Assembly: GCA_963770895.1 (NCBI GenBank)
Contig: CAVYRF010000002.1
Coordinates: 1,216,001 to 1,280,000 of the forward strand
DNA length: 64,000 bases
Direction: 5' to 3'
DNA from: an uncultured Acidobacteriota bacterium
GTDB taxonomy: Bacteria; Acidobacteriota; Thermoanaerobaculia; Multivoradales; UBA5704
Every line of letters starts with the position of its first letter. Position 1 is the stretch's first letter. Below, in pieces: positions 52,126 through 62,440 of this stretch. The notes under the pieces were generated by a model. The model saw only the letters and a list, made by a program, of their open reading frames with translations, was not told where the DNA came from and ran no database searches. The position numbers and the translations under genes are program-made.

Positions 52126-52693
52126 CGTCGTACGAAAGCTGCCGTCGCTGACGCCGGTAGAGACCCTCCGCCTCGGGCATGAACACCGAACAGTGGTCCA
52201 TTTCGCCGCCGTAGACGTGCAGCGTCAGCGCGATCTGGTCGCGGCTGGCGTTGGCCAGGACGTGATGCTCGAACGGCGGGATGAGCGCGCCCGCCGACCC
52301 CGCGGTCGCCCGCACACATCCCCGCTGCTCGAAGCGGCACAGCCCGTCGGCGCGCTCCTCCTGCAGCTCGTAGCGCGTCACCTCCAGGTGCCCCTCGACC
52401 ACCCCCTCGACGCACCAGATGCCGGCGTGGTCGTGCAGCGAGGTGCGCTGGCCCGGGCCCCAGGTCATGATCAGGGCGGTGAAGCCAAGCTCTTCGTCGC
52501 GATGCAGCAGGCGGCGGCAGTAGCGATCGGGGTGGGCGGCGCGAAAGCGGTCCGGCAGCTCCAGCCCCTGGGCCGGGATGAAGTGTTCCAGGTCTTCCTT
52601 GATCTGCACCACGATAGCCTCGGGCTCGCGCAGGCGCGCGGCGGCGCGCAGGCTGGCGATCAGGGGCTCGACGTCGAGAGCTGGCGCTTTCAT
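52118..52693 (-). CDS. Cysteine dioxygenase family protein
   Basis: YCRRLL, WGPGQ.TSLHDHAGIWC, HHVLAN, TLHVY; 3-His cupin. GGGGAG RBS. Confidence 0.88.
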   Translation of the reverse strand: MKAPALDVEPLIASLRAAARLREPEAIVVQIKEDLEHFIPAQGLELPDRFRAAHPDRYCRRLLHRDEELGFTALIMTWGPGQRTSLHDHAGIWCVEGVVEGHLEVTRYELQEERADGLCRFEQRGCVRATAGSAGALIPPFEHHVLANASRDQIALTLHVYGGEMDHCSVFMPEAEGLYRRQRRQLSYDDE

Positions 52694-52713
52694 GTGGTTC
52701 TCCCCTGGAAGGA

Positions 52714-54644
<1,931 letters not shown>

Positions 54645-54841
54645 CTCGCTTCGCGCAGGCGCTCCCTCAATAGAGCCATGGTGATGTTTGCATACCGTGC
54701 GTCGTCCGCTTCGTCGGGGCCTTGGGGTTGGACTGGAGAGGGCGGAGCGCACTCCGCACCGGCGCGGAACTCTACCATGAAGCCTGCGCACCGGCGGCGT
54801 TTGACAGCCGCGGCGCGGCGCTATTAAGCTTCCAATGAGCC

Positions 54842-55270
54842 ATGAAACAGACGCAGCAGTTCCCAAGCCCGCTGGTGGAGCAGGAGCTGGTCAAGCTGGA
54901 AAACGAATGGGCGCGAGCGTGGCAGCTGCCCGACCCGGCTGCTTTGGAAAACCTCATCGCCGACGATTTCACGCTGACCAGCGCGCTCTCCAAGGGTGAG
55001 GTCACCAACAAGCGGCAATACATCGACACGGTCATCCGCCTGGTGCGCGGCGAAAGCTACAGCTTCGAGCGGATGAACGTGCGCATTTACGGCGATACGG
55101 CGGTGATCACCGCCTGCTTCCAGCAGTCCGCCACCTTCGCCGGCAGCGATTGGAGCGGCGACTTCCTGGTCACCGACGTATGGGTCAAGCGCGGCGGCCA
55201 GTGGCGGGTGGTGGCCCGCCACGCCAGCCAGCCCAGCACCGCGCCGCTGACGGCCGATCAGCCGCTGTAA
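54842..55270 (+). CDS. Nuclear transport factor 2 family protein (DUF4440-like)
   Basis: LIADDFT, VRIYGDTAVIT, TDVWVKRGGQWRVVARH. Confidence 0.85.
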   Translation: MKQTQQFPSPLVEQELVKLENEWARAWQLPDPAALENLIADDFTLTSALSKGEVTNKRQYIDTVIRLVRGESYSFERMNVRIYGDTAVITACFQQSATFAGSDWSGDFLVTDVWVKRGGQWRVVARHASQPSTAPLTADQPL

Positions 55271-56982
55271 GTTTCGTCCTGCTCGATCTTGCTCAGCACC
55301 CAGTCAAACTCACCGCTGGTGATCTTGGCGTCGCAGTGGGCGCAGCGGCCCGCCATGCTGACCTCCAGCGGCGCGCCGCAGTTGGGGCATGCCTTGTCGG
55401 TGCGCGGCGCGCCCTTGACCGAGGCACCGCGGATCAACGTCCAGTACTCCGAGTAGTCGCGGTCGGCGTTGGGATTGCCGCCGACCACCTGGCCGGTGGC
55501 GTCCAGGACGGTGAAGTCGCGGCCGCTCGCCCAGATGCGGAAGGTCACCGCATCGAAGTGCTTGTCGCGGATGACCTTGGCCAGCTGATAGCGGGACAGG
55601 CGCATCTCGCGTAGCTGGTTGCGCAATCCCTGGTGGCGGTAGGCGGTGATCCAGTACTGCAGGTAGTCGAACAGCCCGTCCGATACCAGCCCGCGCACCG
55701 GCGTCAGGTCGAGCGCCGTCCACGCCGGGTTCAACTCGGTGTAGATCAGCTGCAGGCGGCCGATGATCGCCTCTTCGCCGCTCGCCGGATCGGCGGCCGT
55801 CAGCTCCGCCATGCGCGACGCCGCCTCGGGGTGCACCACGGTCGGCAGGTCGTTGCCCACCTCTTCGGTGGTGCCGGTCAGCGCCGGCGGGCGCGATTCG
55901 ATCTCCAGCGCTTGCGTGACCTCGACGCTCCAGTCGAAGCGGCCGCCCGAAACCACTTCGCCGCAGTACTCGCAGCGGTCGCCGCCCGACGGGCCGAAGG
56001 GCGCGCCGCAGTTGGGACAGTGGAAGCTGCGCACCGCCTCGGGCGGCTTGGTGCGCACGCTGGCGCCACGCACCAGGTGCCACCGCTCGCGGACGTAATG
56101 GGTCGCGTCGCCGGTGCCGGCGCCCACCGTCATGTTCGACTCAAATTCCAACACCACCGCGATGCGCGCCTGGACCGGGTCGGCGCCCTCGCCAGGCAGC
56201 CGCAGGTCCACCGCCCGCATGGCGCCGATCACCACCCCCGACACCGGCGCTCCCACCGGCTGGCGGTTGGCCAGCTCGTTGCGCGCCGCCTCCGAGAGGT
56301 ACGGCGCCAGCGAGTCCAGCTGATGGCGGTCGGAGCGCGATTCGTGCGCCTTGGCGTACAGCGCGTAGGCAAAGTCTTCGAACAGCACCACCGAGAACTC
56401 CGGGTCCAGGTTGCGGATCTCGTCCAGGTCGCGCGCCGGTGGCGGCCCGTCCGGCACGGACGGTCCGTCCCCACCGCCGCCCGGGAACATCGGCGGCACC
56501 GCGGGAGGACCGCCGCCGCCGCGGGACTTGTTGATCGCGTACAGCACCAGGATCACGATGACGATGACCACCAGCAGCATGAAGCAGCCGCCGACGCCGC
56601 ACCCGGACCCGCCGCCGCCGCGGCCGATGAACCCCGGCCGCGAAGACGAGCTACCGAACGAAAAAGAGCTGCCGCTCCGCGAGCTGCCGCTGCTGTGCGA
56701 ACCGCCCGAAAACGTGTGCCCGCCGCCCGGCCGCAGCGCCGCCATCCGGATGCCCGCCGACCCGCCGGACCTCCCCAGGCCGCGGCCGGGGTTGAGGCCG
56801 TCGGTCGCAGCGGTGCGGATCCAGGCGGCGGAGCCAACCCCCGTGGTCCGAGCGTCACCCAACCGCTGCGCCTGAGCGCTGCCGTGGACCAAAAGGGGCA
56901 CAAGGGCGACAAGGCTGACCGCCAGCCAGACGCGGCGTGCCGCCGCGAAGCAGGATCGAAGCCGCAGGTCTCGATTTTTCAT
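55258..56982 (-). CDS. TIM44-like domain protein with zinc ribbons
   Basis: RPGGGHTFSGGS Gly/Ser tract, TM helix, LDPEFS, ERWHLVR, CPNCGAP/CEYCG, YSEYWTLIR, CPNCGAP/CAHC, FDWVLSKIEQ. Start uncertain. Confidence 0.8.
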   Translation of the reverse strand: MKNRDLRLRSCFAAARRVWLAVSLVALVPLLVHGSAQAQRLGDARTTGVGSAAWIRTAATDGLNPGRGLGRSGGSAGIRMAALRPGGGHTFSGGSHSSGSSRSGSSFSFGSSSSRPGFIGRGGGGSGCGVGGCFMLLVVIVIVILVLYAINKSRGGGGPPAVPPMFPGGGGDGPSVPDGPPPARDLDEIRNLDPEFSVVLFEDFAYALYAKAHESRSDRHQLDSLAPYLSEAARNELANRQPVGAPVSGVVIGAMRAVDLRLPGEGADPVQARIAVVLEFESNMTVGAGTGDATHYVRERWHLVRGASVRTKPPEAVRSFHCPNCGAPFGPSGGDRCEYCGEVVSGGRFDWSVEVTQALEIESRPPALTGTTEEVGNDLPTVVHPEAASRMAELTAADPASGEEAIIGRLQLIYTELNPAWTALDLTPVRGLVSDGLFDYLQYWITAYRHQGLRNQLREMRLSRYQLAKVIRDKHFDAVTFRIWASGRDFTVLDATGQVVGGNPNADRDYSEYWTLIRGASVKGAPRTDKACPNCGAPLEVSMAGRCAHCDAKITSGEFDWVLSKIEQDETYSG

Positions 56983-57091
56983 AGGTGGTGGGCAGGCGGC
57001 AGAGGCACGAAACGTTGGGCTGCGGGTCGGCGGCTCGGGCGCGGGGCGCGAATCGGCGGTCTCGGCGTGACAGACGGTACGGATCAGGGCG

Positions 57092-58111
57092 TTGACGGCA
57101 GAGGCAGCGCCTATTGTAGACGACTCAGCGCCCGCCGGAGACAATGGCCGCGTGCGCCGCCCGCAGCCACCAGCCCCCCAGCACCCAACCCCCGCCGCCC
57201 CCGCCGCCCCACCGCAACCGAGCCCGCCAAATCCAAACCCGCAGAACCCGAGCCCAAACCCGCCAGGTCCGAACGCGCCGAGCCCGAGGCCACCGAACCT
57301 GCGCGTGCCACGGATCGAAGACCCGTCGCTTAGCGGCAGCGCCTGGGCCGGAGCGGCGGGCGTCGCTCCGTTCACGCTCGCTGACGGCAGCGCCGCCGCC
57401 AAACAGGCGACCCGGGCGCTGCTCGCCTGGGACGCGCGGGCGCTGTACGTGCGCTTCGAGTGCGCCGATCGCGATGCCTGGGGGACGCTCTACCGGCGCA
57501 ACGATCCGGTGTACAGCGAGGAAGCGGTGGAAATCTTCCTGGCGCCGGGGGCGGAGGCGCCGCGGCGCTACCTGGAAATCGAAATCAGCCCCCTGGGAAC
57601 GGTGTTCGCCGCCGTCATCGACAATCCGACCGGCAGGCGGGCCGACCTGGTGGCGGACACCACCTGGCCCTGCGCCGGCCTGCAATCGCAGGTCGGCCCC
57701 GGCGGCGCTAACCAGGACTGGTGGGCGGCGCTGGCCATCCCATGGGCAACCCTCCTGGCGGCGCTGGACGCTGGGCCCGCGGCAGCGGCTGCCGGGGACG
57801 ATCCGGGCCGTCTGTCCGCCACCGGCAACGATCCGGACCGCCAGGACGCCGCACACCTCGATCCGGTCCGCCAGGCCGCCGCTCACCTCGACCCGGGCCA
57901 GGAGGCCGCCGCTTGCCACCCCCTGGGGGACGCCAGCGATAGACGCGCGGTCGAGGCGCCGCCTCTCCTGTGGCGGGCAAACCTCTATCGGATTGAGCGG
58001 CCGCGCGATGGCGGCGCCGCCGAGTTCAGCTGTTGGTCGCCCACCTTCACCAACCCGCCGGACTTCCACCGCCCGGAACGGTTCGGTTTGTTACAGCTCG
58101 TACGAGGGTAG
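57092..58111 (+). CDS. Carbohydrate-binding family 9-like protein
   Basis: LAWDARALYVRFEC, EEAVEIFL, YLEIEISPLG, AIPW, WRANLYR, WSPT....DFHRPERFG; Pro/Asn-rich N-terminus. Start uncertain. Confidence 0.78.
   Translation: MTAEAAPIVDDSAPAGDNGRVRRPQPPAPQHPTPAAPAAPPQPSPPNPNPQNPSPNPPGPNAPSPRPPNLRVPRIEDPSLSGSAWAGAAGVAPFTLADGSAAAKQATRALLAWDARALYVRFECADRDAWGTLYRRNDPVYSEEAVEIFLAPGAEAPRRYLEIEISPLGTVFAAVIDNPTGRRADLVADTTWPCAGLQSQVGPGGANQDWWAALAIPWATLLAALDAGPAAAAAGDDPGRLSATGNDPDRQDAAHLDPVRQAAAHLDPGQEAAACHPLGDASDRRAVEAPPLLWRANLYRIERPRDGGAAEFSCWSPTFTNPPDFHRPERFGLLQLVRG
57797..57916 (+). repeat. 4 x 30 bp imperfect in-frame tandem repeat inside the CBM9-like gene
   Basis: Units xxcgatccgg...gccgc encode DDPGRLSATG / NDPDRQDAAH / LDPVRQAAAH / LDPGQEAAAC. 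Confidence 0.8.
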
Positions 58112-58235
58112 CGCCGCTCCCCGACTGCCGTGCATGCGACGCGGCCATCCGGCCTCGCCGGCGGCGGGCGGCGGGCCGCATGGAGCCGCCCTCAGCTACC
58201 AGGTCTGCCCTCAGATCTGCCCTGTGGTCGCGCAA

Positions 58236-58640
58236 TCAGGCGGTTTCCGGATCGAGGGCGTAGCGGCCGGCGCCGTCGGCGTAGAACTTGAGGAGGCCGC
58301 CGATGAGGGCGATGTTCTTCAGAATGTGCGCCATCTGGTCCTGCTTCGACGCCGGGTCCTTGGCATTCGCCAGGAACGCCCCATGGATGCCGAAAGTGGC
58401 GGGCAGCAGGAAGACGATCAGCGCCAGAGCCGCCAGGCGGGTGCGGAAGCCAAAGGCCAGGGCCAGGCCGCCGCCCAGCTCGAAGACGATCGCGGCCACC
58501 ACCCAGAGCGACGGCGCCGGCCAGCCCAGGCCGGCGAGCAGCTGGGCGGTGCTGGCAAAGCCGACGATTTTCATGCCGCCGGACAGGATGAAGATCAGCG
58601 CCATCAGGACGCGGGCCAGCCACTGTGCATGGACTCTCAT
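58236..58640 (-). CDS. DoxX family membrane protein
   Basis: ARVLMALIFILSG..K, ELGGGL, GFRTRLAA, KNIALIGGLL, GAGRYALD. AAGGAG RBS. Confidence 0.9.
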   Translation of the reverse strand: MRVHAQWLARVLMALIFILSGGMKIVGFASTAQLLAGLGWPAPSLWVVAAIVFELGGGLALAFGFRTRLAALALIVFLLPATFGIHGAFLANAKDPASKQDQMAHILKNIALIGGLLKFYADGAGRYALDPETA

Positions 58641-58654
58641 CGCGAGCTCCTTTT

Positions 58655-58680
58655 TGTTGACACATAATGTGTCGCAACAC
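58655..58680. promoter_or_regulatory. Palindromic putative MarR operator upstream of doxX
   Basis: GACACAT-A-ATGTGTC perfect inverted repeat (58659-58673) flanked by TGTT/AACA. Confidence 0.6.
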
Positions 58681-58725
58681 GCATCGTAGCGCGAAGCGGC
58701 GCCGCGCCGCAAGGGCGTCCACGCC

Positions 58726-59190
58726 TCAAGCCTCGCCGTAGATCTGCTCGCAGAGACGCGACAGTTCGTGGCAATCGCCGCGTGACAACCTCGCGGCGAA
58801 GTCGCGCTCGACCTGCTCGGCATCCGGGGTCATGCGCGCCAGCAGCTCGATCCCTGCCGGAGTGATTCGACTTATTGACAATCGTCGATCTCGCTCCGAG
58901 CGATCGCGCTCAACCAGGCCGCGCTTTTCCAGCCGATCGATCAGGCGGGTCACGTCGGGCGACCGCTCCAGCATGCGGCGCACGATCTCGCATCGCGAGT
59001 GCCCTTCGGGGTGCACCCCGCGCAAGATGCGCAACACGTTGTACTGCGTCCCCGAAACGCCAAATTGCGAGCAGATACGTTCGAACTGTTCGCGCAGGTG
59101 GCCGGCCGTCACCAGCACGTTCAGGAACGCTTCCTGCGCCGAGCTCTCAAACCGCTCCTGCTGGATGCGCTTGCGAAGTGCATCTCCCAT
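58726..59190 (-). CDS. MarR family transcriptional regulator
   Basis: QYNVLRILRG, PDVTRLIDRLEKRGLVER, DRR....ITPAG. TATGAT lies 6 nt before the ATG. Confidence 0.92.
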   Translation of the reverse strand: MGDALRKRIQQERFESSAQEAFLNVLVTAGHLREQFERICSQFGVSGTQYNVLRILRGVHPEGHSRCEIVRRMLERSPDVTRLIDRLEKRGLVERDRSERDRRLSISRITPAGIELLARMTPDAEQVERDFAARLSRGDCHELSRLCEQIYGEA

Positions 59191-59211
59191 GAGACGATCA
59201 TACCATGGCAT

Positions 59212-59238
59212 ATGTTGTTGCAACACATAATGTCTCGC
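59212..59238. promoter_or_regulatory. Second copy of the putative MarR operator upstream of marR
   Basis: ATGTTGTTGCAACACATAATGTCTCGC shares ACACATAATGT(G/C)TCGC with the doxX site. Confidence 0.6.
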
Positions 59239-59555
59239 CGAACGGCGCACCAGCAGCAGCACGCGCACTTCCCGACGCCGCCGCCGCGCAGAACCATCCA
59301 CCGTTGAGGCAGTAAATAGCGGGGCGCAGTCTACCAGCTTGCCGGCAAGCGGCTACGTGCCGGGCGCCGGCCGCGGCGCCAAGCGGCGCGATCGCCGCCA
59401 CCCTGGAAGCAGGGAGCAGGCCATCCTGCGGCCCAACCGCCGCGGCTACTCGCCCATGCTGCTGTGCCGCGCCTACGGCGCGGCGATGCGCTGTCCCGAC
59501 CGCGGCCTGCCGTGCGTACCGGGCGCCGGGCACCGGCGCACTACAATAGGTGGAG

Positions 59556-60619
59556 ATGACCACTGTGAACCTTGCCGCGCCGCCTGCGTTTCGTCTGACC
59601 GGGTGCGCCAAGACCGGGGGCTGCGCCGCCAAGGTCGGCCCCGGCGACCTGGCGCAGCTGATCGGGCCGCTGGCCGGCCGGCTGCGCGGCGGCGACGCGC
59701 GCGTCCTGGTCGGTCCCGAAACGGGCGACGACGCCGGGGTGTTTCTGCTGGACGGGCGCGCCCTGATCGCCACCACCGATTTCATCCCACCGCTGTGCGA
59801 CGACCCGTTCCGCTTCGGCCGCATCGCCGCCGCCAACGCCCTGTCCGATGTCTACGCCATGGGTGGCAAGCCGCTGTTCGCCCTCAACCTGTGCTGCTTC
59901 CCCCCACCGGCATCCCTGAGGGCGTCCTGGCGGCAATCCTGGAAGGCGGCGCCGCGGCGCTGGCCGAAGCGGGAGCAGCGCTGCTGGGCGGCCATTCGGT
60001 GCGCGATCCCGAGCTCAAGTTCGGCTTGGCGGTGATCGGCGAGGCGGCACCCGACCGCCTGCTCACCAACGCCGGCGCCCGCGCCGGCGACCACCTGGTC
60101 CTCACCAAGCCCCTTGGCGCCGGCGTCCTGGTCAACGCCTTCAAGATCGGCCGCCTGGACGACGTCGGCCTCGAACCCGTCCTGGTAGAGATGGAGCGGC
60201 TCAACGCCACGGCCTCGCGCCTGGCCCTGGAACACGGCGCCCACGCCGCCGTGGACGTCACCGGCTTCGGCCTGGTCGGCCACGCCCTGGGCATGGCCCG
60301 CGCCTCGGACGTCGCCATGCGCTTCGACTTTGCCAGCCTGCCGGTGCAGGCCGACTTCTATCGCATGGCCGCCGCCGGCGTCACCACCGGCTGCACCGAA
60401 GCCAACCGCAAATACTCCAGCGCCGTCTTCACCGCCCGCGACGATCTCAGCTCGATCCAGCACGAGCTGCTCTTCGATCCCCAAACCTCCGGCGGCCTCC
60501 TGATCGTCCTGCCCGCCGGAGCCGCCCCCAACCTCCTGGAAGCCCTGCACGCCACCGGCCACCGCGCCGCCCAGATCGGCCAGGTGCTCCCCGGCCCCCC
60601 ACACATCCAGATCGCCTAG
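59556..60619 (+). CDS. selD: Selenide, water dikinase SelD (Cys form); one frameshift in a C-run at about 59900-59905
   Basis: [31 protein letters not shown], then in the other frame [35 protein letters not shown]. Confidence 0.92.
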
Positions 60620-60641
60620 CTCCGGAATCAGCAGCCGTCGC

Positions 60642-60662
60642 CCGCCGCGCATCCCGCGGCGG
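60642..60662. terminator. GC hairpin between convergent selD and DUF480 genes
   Basis: CCGCCGCG-catcc-CGCGGCGG, 8-bp stem, no clear U-tract. Confidence 0.3.
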
Positions 60663-60791
60663 TTGCACGGGTAGGAAGGCCGGAACCGACCGCAAACTCG
60701 GATCTTGCCAGAGAAGGGCGGGAAAAAGGGCGGGCGCGTCGGTGCGTCCGGGCCGAGCGTCACCCCTGCGACGAGCGACCCGGCCGGGCTC

Positions 60792-61598
60792 CTATTCTTC
60801 GGGCGCCGGCGCGTCCGACCTCGCGAGGAGTCGTGTTTCCAGCCTCTCCATCCGACGCTCCAGGGCCTCGATGCGGGCCAGAAGCTGGGCAACCGAAGGC
60901 GCCGCGGCCGGCGGTCCGGACGCCGGCGTCGCGTACGTGGAGTGTGCTGTGGTCGCGACCCGCGCGGCGCTCCCGCCGCCACCGGCTCTCCCGGCAGCAG
61001 GGGCGCTCGCGGCGTTGCCACTTACCGTGCTCACCGCCGTACGGAGCGCCGGCCAGGCCGGCGATTCCGCTCCGGAGGTCGATTCGGGCGCCGCCGGTGG
61101 GTCGCCCAGCAGGTGGCACCAGCGGAGCTCGCGCTGGCCGACGCGGCGCGGCAGCTGGCCCACCAGGGGCTCGTCCTGCGCGGAAAGGCGCTCCAGCAGC
61201 TGCTCCACCTGGGCGAGCGAGTCGAAGCGGTGCATGCGCTCGCTGCGTTCGCCCAACTGGCCGGTGGTCTGCGGTCCGCGCAGCAGCAGCTGGGTCAGCA
61301 GCGCCTTGCTCGGCGGGTCCAGGTCCCAGCGCCGGTCGACGCTCTGCTTGAAGCGTTCCACGCGGGCGCCCTCGGTGCGCCAGACCAGCACGTCCTGGCG
61401 CAGGCGCTCGACCGCCGCGGCCACCTCGGATTCGGTGAGCTGCATCACCGGCTCGCGGTTGGTCTTCTGGTCGCAGGCGGCCACCAGCGCATTGAGCGAG
61501 AGCGGGTAGGCCTCCGGCGTGGTCTGCTCCTTTTCGAGCAGCGCCCCCAACACCCGGATCTCCACCGGGTCGAGCAGACGAGGGATGCGGCGAGACAT
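60792..61598 (-). CDS. DUF480 (YceH) family protein
   Basis: EIRVLGALLEKEQTTPEAYPLSLNALVAACDQKTNREPVM, LLLRGPQT, GQRELRWCHLL. Confidence 0.92.
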   Translation of the reverse strand: MSRRIPRLLDPVEIRVLGALLEKEQTTPEAYPLSLNALVAACDQKTNREPVMQLTESEVAAAVERLRQDVLVWRTEGARVERFKQSVDRRWDLDPPSKALLTQLLLRGPQTTGQLGERSERMHRFDSLAQVEQLLERLSAQDEPLVGQLPRRVGQRELRWCHLLGDPPAAPESTSGAESPAWPALRTAVSTVSGNAASAPAAGRAGGGGSAARVATTAHSTYATPASGPPAAAPSVAQLLARIEALERRMERLETRLLARSDAPAPEE

Positions 61599-61646
61599 TG
61601 CAAAGTCCTCCTGACGACAACCCCGGAATCTATTGTCGATCGGGGC

Positions 61647-61675
61647 TTGCGCTTGCAAAGCGATAGTGCCATACT
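61647..61675 (+). promoter_or_regulatory. Candidate sigma-70 promoter for the cold-shock gene
   Basis: TTGCGC-N17-CATACT with TG one base before the -10 (extended -10). Confidence 0.45.
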
Positions 61676-62063
61676 CCCGCCTAATTCCTGTGCCTTACGG
61701 ATTCGTACTCTAGCGACACACTTTTGGACCTTGCTCTGCACTCTATTTGCAGGTGAAGCCGTTGATCCGAGCAGGTGCAGTGCCCCACTACCGACGATCT
61801 CTTGCCCAGCGCTGTGATCGCACGCTCCCACAATTCGACTTTTTGAACTTTGTAACCCCGACGGACTCGCCGGATACCCCATAACCCCATAGCGCCGTTT
61901 GCTATCACCAAAACTACAACGTGGTCAGTCTGGGGGAAGCCGGGTACTTGTCGAACGAGGGGTGATCGATTGGATCTGTCCTCCCCCGGCATGAGGGGGG
62001 TGGGGCGATAATGCCGTTCTGCATCGCGGCGATCATCAACAACCTGTTTCAAGGAGCAAGAGT

Positions 62064-62270
62064 ATGCCCGAGCAAGGAACCGTGAAGTGGTTCAACGACG
62101 CCAAGGGATACGGATTCATCGTGCGGGAGCGCGGCGCGGATGTGTTCGTCCATCACGCCTCGATCATCGCCGAGGGTTTCCGCACCCTGAACGAAGGAGA
62201 CCGCGTCTCCTTCGAGGTCGTCGAGGGACCCAAGGGCTTGCAGGCGAAGAACGTCGTCAAGATTTCCTGA
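62064..62270 (+). CDS. cspA: Cold-shock protein (CspA family)
   Basis: [36 protein letters not shown]. Confidence 0.95.
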   Translation: MPEQGTVKWFNDAKGYGFIVRERGADVFVHHASIIAEGFRTLNEGDRVSFEVVEGPKGLQAKNVVKIS

Positions 62271-62440
62271 GCCACTTCCGCAACCCATAATCCCGCGCCC
62301 TGCCGGCACTCCACCGGCCGGGCGCAGCGGTCCCTCACCGCCCTGCAAGGGCGGAGCGCGCGGTTGCGTCCTCCACGGCGCTCCTAGCGTTCAACCAGGA
62401 CGCCCTGGCGACACTGCCGTGTCGCGGCACGCGAACCAAT

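Noticed and set aside
59590-59640. SelD itself as a selenoprotein
   Set aside because: The active-site codon is TGC, and the nearby 'tga' is out of frame.
61681-62052. 123-aa minus-strand ORF upstream of csp
   Set aside because: Atypical codon usage, no RBS or motifs, and antisense to the probable csp leader.
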